Positions 53,718 through 64,000 of a DNA stretch of 64,000 nt are shown here, in pieces (position 1 is the stretch's first letter; every line of letters begins with the position of its first letter). The stretch is from Felis catus. Lineage: Eukaryota. A model generated the notes under the pieces. That model was given only the letters and a program-made list of their open reading frames with translations. It did no database searches and was not told the DNA's origin. The translations under genes were made by a program, and so were the position numbers. Location: contig NC_058368.1 of assembly GCF_018350175.1 (NCBI RefSeq), positions 152,584,001 through 152,648,000 on the forward strand, in the 5' to 3' direction.

Positions 53718-53790
53718 GTCCCTCTCCTCAGCTTTTGTGCTCTCTCTCTCCAAAGTTAAAAAATAATAATAAAATTAAAATTAAAAAGAA
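51370..53790 (+). mobile_element. Five same-strand SINEs (51370, 51598, 52329, 52697, 53558)
   Basis: Heads, (CT)n tracts and A-tails. Confidence 0.9.
52113..52152. repeat. (GT)n microsatellite
   Basis: Directly visible. Confidence 0.97.
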
Positions 53791-53844
53791 TCATAGAGCA
53801 GCAAACTGAAGTAGTGCTTATCTGACAGTATGGACAGAAATTAC

Positions 53845-54530
53845 ATCTATTTACTTGACAAATATTAATTACGTACCTACTGTGTTTAAGGTACTGTTTT
53901 AAGCCCTGGGAATATGTGCCCAAACAAGTCCAAATCATTGCTCTCATGGAGCTTATATTTTTGTGGTAGAAGACAGAGAAGAATAAGACGAATAAATGAA
54001 ACACTGGTACGTTGGATGGTGATAAATGAATGGGGAAAAATTTAGTAGGGAAGGAGGTTGGAGTGTTCTAGGTGAGGGGAACTTGCGTTTGTGATAGGGT
54101 GGGTGAGAAAAGGCCTGATTAAAAAGGGCTGAAGAAAGTATATGAGCCATGTTGGTACCTAGGAGAAGAACCTGCTAGTCAGAGGGAACAACCAAGTAAG
54201 TACTACTTTCCTGGGAGGAAGTGTGCCTTGTGTATTGGCAAAATGGCAAGAAGACCATCAGGGCTCAAGTGGATTGCACAAGGTGGGAAAGCAGCCAGAG
54301 ACGAAGTAAGAAGGAGCAAAATTGGGTGAGAATGTGTGTGCAATTACAGGACTCAGACTTTCACTCTGAGTAAGAATGGGAAACCATGCATGGGAGGGTT
54401 TTGAGCAGAGGAGAATATTATTTACCTTTGAAAAGGATCACTTAGGAGGCCTAGGGTAGAAGCAGGGAGATCAGTTAGGCTACTGCAGTAACTCAGGCAA
54501 GAGGGAGGTTGCCTTGAATCAGAAGGAATG
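53845..54530 (-). mobile_element. LINE-2 3' fragment
   Basis: caaatattaattacgtacctactgtg...ctctcatggagctta L2 signature. Confidence 0.75.
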
Positions 54531-55304
54531 TCAAATTCATCCAACTGATTTGGATTAAATAGATTTGGTTTAAAAATATTTTTGCAAAGGATCTAAATTT
54601 AGGAGGTTGTGCAATTTTGATTTTAAAGATATTTTTCATTGGTTTCTTCTTGCATACTTTGATTAGTGAGTCTGTCCTTAGGGTCTCTTTTCCCACCATT
54701 AATTCTGAATAAGCCAGATTTATCACCTTAACAATTGTTGGATCTCAATAAAGTTTTCCTTTTCCCTCTTCACCATGTTTTCATTTATTTACAGTTAAGG
54801 TTGAGCTGTTCCCCACCCCACTTCCAACCCACTCCCGCCCTTTTTTTCCCAAGCTTTAATCCTATCTGGCTTCTAAATCCCTTCAGAATTATTTGAAGCA
54901 AAGAATGCCTGCTGACTTCAAAGAGTATTTCACACTTGGATTTACTTGGTGGGGTATATAGCAAGAGTAGTGAAACCTTTCTTCCTTTCTATGCAGAATA
55001 GTGTGTTTGGCAATAATATATGCTAATCAGTGAGCAGTCTGCTAAGAAGAAATTCACTGAAACATTTTTTATTTGTTGTTTTGAAAAGGACCTATTTTCC
55101 TTTGCAGTACTTTTCAATTATAAATCTAATCTGTTATTTTGAAGGAGAATCAATGTGTATTAATAGAAACTCGATTAACTTTCATTACCTTTTCCTTAAG
55201 GTCGTACTAGAGATTTGGTTATCTATAGCATAATATAATGTAAATGAATACTTGGCTTGTACGGATTTCACTCATTTCATTGAAAAATAAATATTTAAAA
55301 CATT

Positions 55305-55541
55305 TTTTACTGTTTTTTAAATTTATTTTTGAGAGAGAGACAGAGGCAGTACGAGTGAGGGAGGGGCAGAGGGAGAGAGGGAGACACGGAATCCAAAGAA
55401 GGCTCTAGGCTCTGTACTGACAGCTCAGCTGTCTGTGCTGTGAGCACAGAGCCCAACACAGGCTCGAACTCGTGAACCGCGAGATCATTCATGACGTGAG
55501 CTGAAGTCAGACGCTTAACAGACTGAGCAACCCAGTCACCC
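55305..55541 (-). mobile_element. Carnivore SINE
   Basis: Reverse SINE flanked by tgaaaaataaatattt. Confidence 0.9.
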
Positions 55542-56384
55542 TGAAAAATAAATATTTTAGTACACCAGGCCTCAAAAGAAAATTCCTGGGTGTTTTTTTT
55601 TTTTTTTGGCATTGTGAAAAACAATTTTTATAGGCTTTATAATTAATGGGGATGCAAAAGAAGGCTTTAGCTTGAGAAAGAATGATTCTTTGTGTAAAAA
55701 TATTGTGGTTACTCATAAGGCAAAATCCATAAAACCATTACCTAAACTAGTCTCCTAAAATAGATATGCCAGCCCTTCTACTTTATTTGGTCTTAGCAAC
55801 TGGATGGAATAGAGTTTGGAAGTGAATGTGATGTGAATAAACAAAAAGCTTTATAGTAAATTATTTTTTCTTCCTGCCTTATCCTACCTTCCATGAACTA
55901 TATTCACCTTTCTCTTAATGTCTGCCCTTTATCCATTAAAATTCTGGTTTCATTAGAACTGGATGGAGGGCCTGCTGATCCTGGTTGGTTGTGTGTAACG
56001 AGAGCACCCAAATGCATTGCTAAGGGATTGGAAAACTTCATCAAGGAAATTATGATAAGAATGGTAACATCTACTTCTTTCAATATTTCTGAAGTTGAGG
56101 CAGTCTGTAAAACTGACATTTCAACAGCCATACCAACTATTGTCAAAATGTGGTCTGCCACACTTTTTGTCAAAGTGTGGTCTTGTCAGTTCCTGAGACT
56201 CCTTCAAGTCCTCAAGGTCAAAAGTATTTTTGTAATAATTCTAAGAAGTTGTTTGCCTTGCTCATTGTGTCATTATTTGCACTCATAGAGAAACTTTAGC
56301 ATAAATGAAGGCAGTAGCACCAAACTATATTAGTAGTCATGTATTGCCCAATGCTGCAAACGCATTTAAAAAAAGAGTTTTCTT

Positions 56385-56611
56385 TTTTTTTTTTTTAATT
56401 TTTTTTTTCAACGTTTATTTATTTTTGGAACAGAGAGAGACAGAGCATGAATGGGGGAGGGGCAGAGAGAGAGGGAGACACAGAATCGGAAACAGGCTCC
56501 AGGCTCTGAGCCATCAGCCCAGAGTCTGACGCGGGGCTCGAACTCACGGACCGTGAGATCGTGACCTGGCTGAAGTCGGACGCTTAACCGACTGCGCCAC
56601 CCAGGCGCCCC
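56385..56611 (-). mobile_element. Young felid SINE (same subfamily as the 4249 and 60203 copies)
   Basis: Perfect TSD aaaaaaagagttttctt at 56368 and 56612; CpGs intact. Confidence 0.95.
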
Positions 56612-57469
56612 AAAAAAAGAGTTTTCTTGAGAACATTCCTTGATTATTAAATCTCAACCCTTGACTACATTTTTTAAAATTATTCTTTCTGATGAAATGC
56701 AAAATATGCATAAATCTCTTTTACCTCATATTAAAATCCAATGGTCGTCTGGAGGAAAAGCCCTTATGCCCTTGTTTAATTCTGGAGCTGAACAACCCAT
56801 TTTTATCATAGGGCACAACTTTTAATAGAAAGAATGATTAGCAGAAGAACTGTGGTCAATAAGAATTAGATATATGGTAGCCATTTTCTTGAAAATGAAC
56901 AGAGTAAGTCAGTTACTTCAAGGAAAACAAGACAGAATTTGCTATCATTGATAAAACTCAAGTTTTATCTCAAGCAAAAATTAGATTTTAGAAAACTTTA
57001 TTATCTCTATAGGCTTCCCAAAGCTGAAAGAATGTGTGATAAAATTTATGGTGATAGTAAGGTGGTGTTTCACATACCATCAAATGAAATGTGTCAACAC
57101 TTGGAAAATCTGCATAATTCAGAGAACCATATTTTCCAAATGTACAATGTTATAAAATCATGCACAGATAAAAGATCCATTCGAAGTGTGAGTCCAAAGG
57201 ATATTAACGTGACTAAGTGAAAAATGTTTGATATGCTTCAGATGCTGCATTGCAATTAACTTCTAAGAAACTATCACTTACTGAGTCTTGGTATAGTATC
57301 AAGAGTGAATATCCACAATTATCTGAAAACCCAATGAAAATCCTTCTCCCTGTCTTAATGTAATATTTATAAGGGTCTGGATATTCTTTATATACTTCAA
57401 CCAAAACAATATATAGAAACAGATTGAATGTAAAGCAAATATAAGAATCCACCAGTCATTACAGTTAAC

Positions 57470-59170
57470 AGGTGCCTTTAGCAAAGTTGCAGGATACAAG
57501 ATCAACACATAAAAATCTCTGGTATTTCTATACACTAGCAATGAACAACCTGAAAAGAAAATTTAGAAAATAATTCCACTTACAATAGCACCAAAAAAGA
57601 ATAAATAATTAAGAATATATTTAACCAAGAATATGTAAGCTTTGCTCACAGAAAACTATAAAACAATACTGAAAGAAATAAAAGAATATTAATAAATGGA
57701 AAGACATCCTGTGTTCATGGATTAGAAGACTTAATATTGTTAAGATGGCAATATTGCCCAAAGCAATCTATAGTTTCAATGGAATCTCTATGAAGATCCT
57801 AACAGACTTGGAACAGAAATGGAAAAGCTGGTCCAAAATACATAACAAAAGGCAAAGGATTCCAACTACTCAAAACAATCTTGAAAAAGCCCCATGTTGG
57901 GCTCCATGAGCATGGAGCTGGCTTGGGATTCTCTCTCTCTCTCTCCCTCTCTCTCTGCCCCTCCCCCACTCATTCCCTCTCTCTCGCTCGCTCTCTCAAT
58001 AAATAAGTAAATAAAAACTTTTTAAAAATCTTGAAAAGGAGAGGCAAAGTTGAAGAGTTCACACTTTCAACGTTTACTACAAAACTACACTAATCAAAAC
58101 AGTTTGGTACTGGCATGAGGAAAGACCTATGTCAATGGAAGAAAAATGAGAGCTCAGAAATAAATTTAGAGATAGGTTGATTTTTGACAAAAGTGTCAAG
58201 ACCATTCTATAGAGAAAGAATGTCTTCAACAAATGGTGATGGGACAACTGGATATCCATACACAAAAGAATGAAGTTGGACCTGACACCACGTACAAAAA
58301 ATAACTCAACATGGATCAAAGACCTACATACAAGAGCTAAAACTATAAAAACCTTTTTAAAAAGAACCTTCATGATCTGCAATTTGACATGATTTCTAAA
58401 GATGTGACACAAAAACACAATCAACAAAACAAGAGGATACATTGGACTTAGTTAAAACTAAAACTTTTGGGCATCAAGGACACTGTCACGAGAGCGAAAA
58501 GACACCCTGCAGAATAGGAGAAAATATTTGTAGATCACACATCTGGTCTAGTATACAGGATATATGAAGAACTCATAACTCAACAACAAAAGGACAAACA
58601 CTCAATGAAAAAATAGGCCAAGGACTTGAACAGATAGATATTCCTCCAAAGACAGTATACAAATGGCCAACAAGCATAAGATGCTCAACAGGATTAGTCA
58701 CTAGAGAAATACAAAACTTCAGTGAGATGCCACTTCACACCAAACAAAATGTGGTGTACGCAGACACTCCAAACAGGATGTCATGTCTACGTAAAATCAA
58801 CTATTACTCAGCCACAAAAAGAAATGAAGTACTGCTATGTGCTCCAACATGGATGGACCTTGAAAACATTACGCTAAGTGAAAGAAGCCAGACATAAAAG
58901 GCCACATGCTGTATGATTCCATTTATATGTGATATCCAGAATAGGCAAATCCACAGAGACAGAAAGCAGATTAGTTGTTGCCAAGGGCTTGGGGAAGGGA
59001 GGAATAGGAAGTGACTACTTAATGGCTACAGGTTTTCCTATTGGAGTGCTGAAAATGTTCTGGTAGTCATGAGAGTTGCATAACACTGAACATATTAAAC
59101 GCCACTGAATTGTATACTTTCAAATGGTACAGATGGTAAGTTTTATGTTATATGTATGTTACCACAATTA
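57470..59170 (+). mobile_element. Old L1M-type fragment (ORF2 remnant and 3'UTR) with a partial SINE at 57888-58020
   Basis: gcaaagttgcaggatacaagatcaac, aaatggaaagacatcctgtgttcatggatt and ctaagtgaaagaagccagac L1 motifs. Confidence 0.88.
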
Positions 59171-59465
59171 CAAAACAAATACAGCTGTAATAAGTAATCA
59201 AAGAAATTTGGAAAATGGTAAATGATGGCACTGATGTCACTAAATATTTTTGTTTTGGGAAATAGAGTTTTCATAAAAATATATTATTGATGTTAGCTTG
59301 AAATTAGTTTACATTTAATTGAATGAATACGTACGTATTTTGAATCATTCTTAGATTTGTTAATACTGTAAATATTGATAGCTATTACAACTATAATCCA
59401 AAGCTTGAGTCCTCAGTTTTTAAGAGACTAAAGGAGTCCTGACTTTAAAAAATCTGAGAACCCCT

Positions 59466-59705
59466 TGGGAATGCAAGCTTGTGCAGCCACTCTGGAAAAC
59501 AGTATGGAGGTTCCTGAAAAAACTAAAAATAGAACTACCATACGACCCAGCAATTGCACTACTAGGCATTTATCCACGGGATACAGGTGTGCTGTTTCGA
59601 AGGGACACATGCACCCCCATGTTTATAGCAGCATTATCAACAATAGCCAAAGTATGGAAAGAGCCCAAATGTCCATCGATGGATGAATGGATAAAGAAAA
59701 TGTGG

Positions 59706-59758
<53 letters not shown>

Positions 59759-60139
59759 CGGAGTATTACTCAGCAATCAAAAAGAATGAAATCTTGCCAT
59801 TTGCAACTACGTGGATGGAACTGGAGGGTATTATGCTAAGTGAAATTAGTCAGAGAAAGGCAAAAATCATATGACTTCACTCATATGAAGACTTTAAGAG
59901 ACAAAACAGATGAACATAAGGGAAGGGAAACAAAAATAATATAAAAATAGGGAGGGGGACAAAACAGAAGAGACTCATAAATATGGAGAACAAACTGAGG
60001 GTTACTGGAGGGGTTGTGGGAGGGGGGATGGGCTAAATGGGTAAGGGGCATTAAGGAATCTACTCCTGAAATCATTGTTGCACTATATGCTAACTAATGT
60101 GGATGTAAATTTTAAAAAATAAAAAATAAAATTAAAAAA
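59466..60139 (+). mobile_element. 5'-truncated carnivore L1 3' end with (CA)n at 59709-59757
   Basis: [31 protein letters not shown]. Same 3'UTR as the L1 at 14721. TSD aaaaaatctgagaacccct at 59447-59465 and 60461-60479. Confidence 0.95.
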
Positions 60140-60202
60140 GACCAAAAAAAATCAGTTCAGCAATATTATATAGAATAAAAATGTTTAAATATGAAGAAAA
60201 AT

Positions 60203-60447
60203 GGGGCGCCTGGGTGGCGCAGTCGGTTAAGCGTCCGACTTCAGCCAGGTCACGATCTCGCAGTCTGGGAGTTCGAGCCCCACATCAGGCTCTGGGCTGA
60301 TGGCTCAGAGCCTGGAGCCTGTTTCTGTATCTGTGTCTCCCTCTCTCTCTGCCCCTCCCCCGTTCATGCTGTGTCTCTCTCTGTCCCAAAAATAAATAAA
60401 TGTTGAAAAAAAAAATTAAAAAAAAAATAAAAAAAATAAAAAAAAAA
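60203..60447 (+). mobile_element. Young felid SINE
   Basis: TSD taaatatgaagaaaaa at 60186-60201 and 60448-60463; long A-tail. Confidence 0.95.
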
Positions 60448-61189
60448 TAAATATGAAGAAAAAAAATCTGAGAACCCCTAAGCAGTGCTATATGATAAAG
60501 CCTCGAAGTTATTTAAGCCAAGTTACAGTGTGAATTCTAAGGTCCAAAGATTTTCTAATATAAGTCCATTGTGAACCTAAGTGTTACAGATTAAAGCAGA
60601 ACTTGAAAAAATATCCTCTAATCATATTACCACAATGTAAGGTAGAAGGTTGGAAACTAGCTTATTAGTGGGAGACATGGTTTGAACGGAGGAGTGGGGA
60701 AGTCAAAGAAAGACAGGTATTTGCGGGGTTGAGAAAGGTGAGCAGTAGGTGAAGAGGATCTTAGGGGAAATTCATGATTCAGTACATTAATTCAATGACG
60801 AATGTATAATAATTTTAAACAAGATTTTTCCTATTGTCTAGTTTTCTTTGCTAATAATACGTAATTTACACTTACAAAATCATTTATTATGTGCCAGGTA
60901 TTATTCTAAGAGATTTATTATGTGTATGACACTATTATTTTAATTTGTAATATAATGTTTTGAGGAATATTTTGAGAATAAGTTACAGATATCTTCACCC
61001 CAAATACCTCAGCATATGTCTCCAAAGAACAAAGACATACTGTACAAAAACACAATATAACCATCACCCAAGTGTAATGCTGATAAAATCTTATTTTCAC
61101 ATATTCAGTTTATATTTAAATAGCCAAGATTGCCCTGATTGTGTTCTTTATCTGGTTTCCTTTTTGTACTTATTTATTTTATTTTATTT

Positions 61190-61213
61190 TTCATGTTTTT
61201 TTTAAATGTTTAT

Positions 61214-61255
<42 letters not shown>

Positions 61256-62560
61256 CAAGCAGGGGAGAAGCAGACAGAGAGTCCCAAGCAGGCTCTGCAT
61301 TGAATGAGCCACCCAGGAGCCCCTATTTATTTATTTTAAAATGAGACCCAGAATTTAATTAAAGTTTCTGGGTTGAATTAGTTGTCATGCCTCTTTAGTT
61401 TTTGGTGGTTTTTTGGGGTTTTTTTGTTTTTTCCCCAGAGAATTCCCAAGCTCCCCTCTTCCATCTCAGTTTTTGGCCTTATGTGACTGATATTTTTGAA
61501 AAATCTAGACTTCAGTCACTTTGCATAATGCACCTTAATTTGGATTTGTTTGATTATTTCCTCATGAATACATTCAGGGTAAATGTTTTTGGGCAAGAAA
61601 CCTACATTGGTGATGTTGGGTACTTCTCAGTGCATCGGATCAAAAGGCACACTTGTCTGTTTGCTTCATTATTGATGACCAGGCAACTAAGTACTTAAAG
61701 TATTTAATTAAAAACTTTTTAAGTTTATTTATTTTGAGAGAGAGAGCACACACACAGGAAGGGCAGAGAGAAAGGAAGAGAGAGAATCCCACACCGTCAT
61801 GGTGCAAAGCCTGATGTGGTGCTCAAACTCACGAAACCATGAGATCATGACCTGAGCCCAAACCGAGAGCTGCTCTTTTAATGTATTTAATTTTAAAACA
61901 GTGAGGCTGTAAGGCCACCTGGGTGGCTCAGTCAGTTAAGCATATGACTTTGGCCATAGGTCAAGATCTCACCGTTCCTGAGTTTGAGCCCCCAGTTGGT
62001 CTCTGTGTTGACAGCTCAGAGCCTGGAGCCTGTTTCCGCTTCTGTGTCTCCCTCTCTGTCTGTCTCTGCCCCTCTCCCACTCACACTCTGTGTCTCTCAA
62101 AAATAAATAAACATTAAAAATTTCTTAAGAAACAATAACCTAGGCTGTGGCTATTGTTACTTTTTACAGATTTCAATATTTTGTACATAAGGACACTGAG
62201 ACATTACGTGTCTTGTCTAAGGTCACTTAGCAATAGTAGAGCAGAGTTCTGAACTCAGTGGTTCCAAAATCTGCAAGATTAACCATTTACTACATTGTAA
62301 AGAGACTGATAACCAACTTAAAGACTCTTTTTAAATTTTTTTTTAAATGTTTCTTATTTATTTTTTGAGAGAGAGAGAAAGAGACAGAGAGCAAGCAGGG
62401 GAGAGACAGAGAGAGAGGGAGTCACAGAATCCAAAGCAGGCTCCAGGCTCCAAGCTGTCAGCACAAGAGCCTGATGCGGGGCTGGAACTCATGCACGGAT
62501 CTTGAGATCATGACCTGAGCTGAAGTAGGATGCTTCACGCTGAACCACCCAGGCACCCCA
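61190..62560. mobile_element. SINE cluster (-61190-61325, -61715-61870, +61912-62120, -62330-62560)
   Basis: Recognisable SINE cores and (GA)n tracts. Confidence 0.88.
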
Positions 62561-63759
62561 GCGACTTAAAGATTCTTAATTCATTACCTATCTTCAGGGT
62601 ATATAAGGCTAGGAGATTGGTCTTGAGGCCTGTAGTGAGAATTTTTTTGGAGAGAGCTGTCTTTGTGCTTTGCCTTCTACCTCTCCCACCTCTAGGCAAA
62701 AGTGGTGGAGAAACAGAGAATCACTTGGAGAGCTTGACTTGGAGTTTGAGGAATAGAGGAGCTGGTACCCGACTCATCCTGAAAAAGTCAAAAGGTGAGT
62801 TTGACCCTGCCCTACAGTTAGAGTAATGACTGTGGAAAGATGTGGTATTCTGAGGGTCCGTTGAAAATGTATCAGACGGGTCTTAATGGTCTAAAGAGAC
62901 CACAACCAAGAGACCTATCTGGAGGGAGGAAGCAACCCTGGCTGACTACCGGAAAATAGAGACTGGAAGGTTAACTACCAGTGGTATGCCCAGGGAAACA
63001 TAGCCCATGTCAGGTATCCCCATAGATGAGAGTCTCTAAAGAATTCATTCAGAAAAGAGCCTTTTTTTAACCTCTATCTCCTTGTCTGCTTCTCAACCCT
63101 GAAGGAGCCATTAAAGAGCATAGTGAAAAGTAGAGGAGTTGGAAGGAGTAGAGAAAATGAGTGACTGTGTCCTCCTTCGTCACTGCAGGCATTATAAACT
63201 GGATCGGGCTCAAGGCAAAGAAGAACTGACTCACAAAACTTAAATGGGAGGGTAAGCTTTGCTTTGTACTGACAATGAGACTGTTTTTTAATACTGTAAC
63301 TGAAAATGAATGTGAAACATGGGGCCCACCCAAAATCTCATCCTGGGCACAGAAAAGAATTTTGAACAACGCAGGTTTAATGAGTCAGTGATAAGATAGA
63401 ACATAATTGTGTTAATTCAGTAAACTGACTTCTTAGATATTGAGCCCCTTTCCAGTATTTCCTCCTCAGGTTAATCTTATGTGCAACACTGGAAAAGAAC
63501 TGCTTTCTTATTCACTACCAGAGTGTCTCTGACCTTTGACTCTGATTTAGGAGACATTGTTCAATGGTTATTGTCCTATGAAATCGTGCAGAATTGTATT
63601 ATGTTCGTTTGTGTGAACTGCAAACAGAACCTTCCCAACTGTTGGGTGGAGTAGATTATCACTGACAACATGAAATTTTTTCAGTAATGCCACTCAGATT
63701 CTGCCCCTGCCATGGGTGCCAACTGCAATTTGTTTGGATATATATATATATTTAAAGAA

Positions 63760-63968
63760 ATTTTTTAATGTTTATTTATTACCGAGAAACAGAGTGAGAC
63801 AGAGTATGAGCATGGGAGGGGCAGAGAGAGGGGGAGACACAGACTCTGAAGCAGGCTCCAGGCTCTGAGCTGTCAGCACTGCGCCCGATGTGAGGCCAGA
63901 ACTCAAACTGTGAGATCACGACCTGAGCAGAAGTTGGACCCTTAACCAACTGAGCCACACAGGCGCCT
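63760..63968 (-). mobile_element. Carnivore SINE
   Basis: Reverse full-length SINE. Confidence 0.92.
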
Positions 63969-64000
63969 GTGGATATATTTTTTAAAATAATTTATTTTTT

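Larger units (their letters stand above)
56161..59465. mobile_element. Charlie1-like hAT DNA transposon split by SINE and L1 insertions
   Basis: Left end caaagtgtggtc...aggtcaaaa...ggcagtagcaccaaact and right end gtcctca...taagag...tgagaacc resemble recalled Charlie1. Confidence 0.75.

Noticed and set aside
55893..56288. 131 aa and 89 aa ORFs and a weak exon-like segment at 55957-56063
   Set aside because: No recognisable homology, mediocre splice sites, and the ORF runs into the Charlie element.

Overview
This is mammalian genomic DNA, almost certainly from a felid, because it is dense with tRNA-derived carnivore SINEs (including young Felidae-type copies) and carnivore L1s. It holds two convergent protein-coding genes. 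POLR3G (RNA polymerase III subunit RPC7-alpha, + strand) is represented by its last six coding exons and 3'UTR; its 5' part lies before the window. LYSMD3 (- strand) is complete: 306 aa in two coding exons plus a non-coding first exon in a CpG-island promoter at about 48.2-48.9 kb. The rest is intron and intergenic DNA rich in SINE, L1, L2, MIR, LTR, hAT, Tc2 and piggyBac fossils, and almost all ORFs in the track are repeat-derived artefacts. I see no convincing new biological system. The most notable observations are: a piggyBac transposase fossil with four-level nested insertions; a SINE inserted 10 nt from a POLR3G acceptor whose target-site duplication (TSD) recreates the likely branch point; a TAGCAG tandem acceptor; a candidate L1 3' transduction; alternative LYSMD3 5' donors with a uORF and YY1 motif; and candidate exons of a divergent + strand transcript. 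Repeat family names come from recalled consensus sequences, not a search, and repeat boundaries are approximate unless a TSD is quoted.
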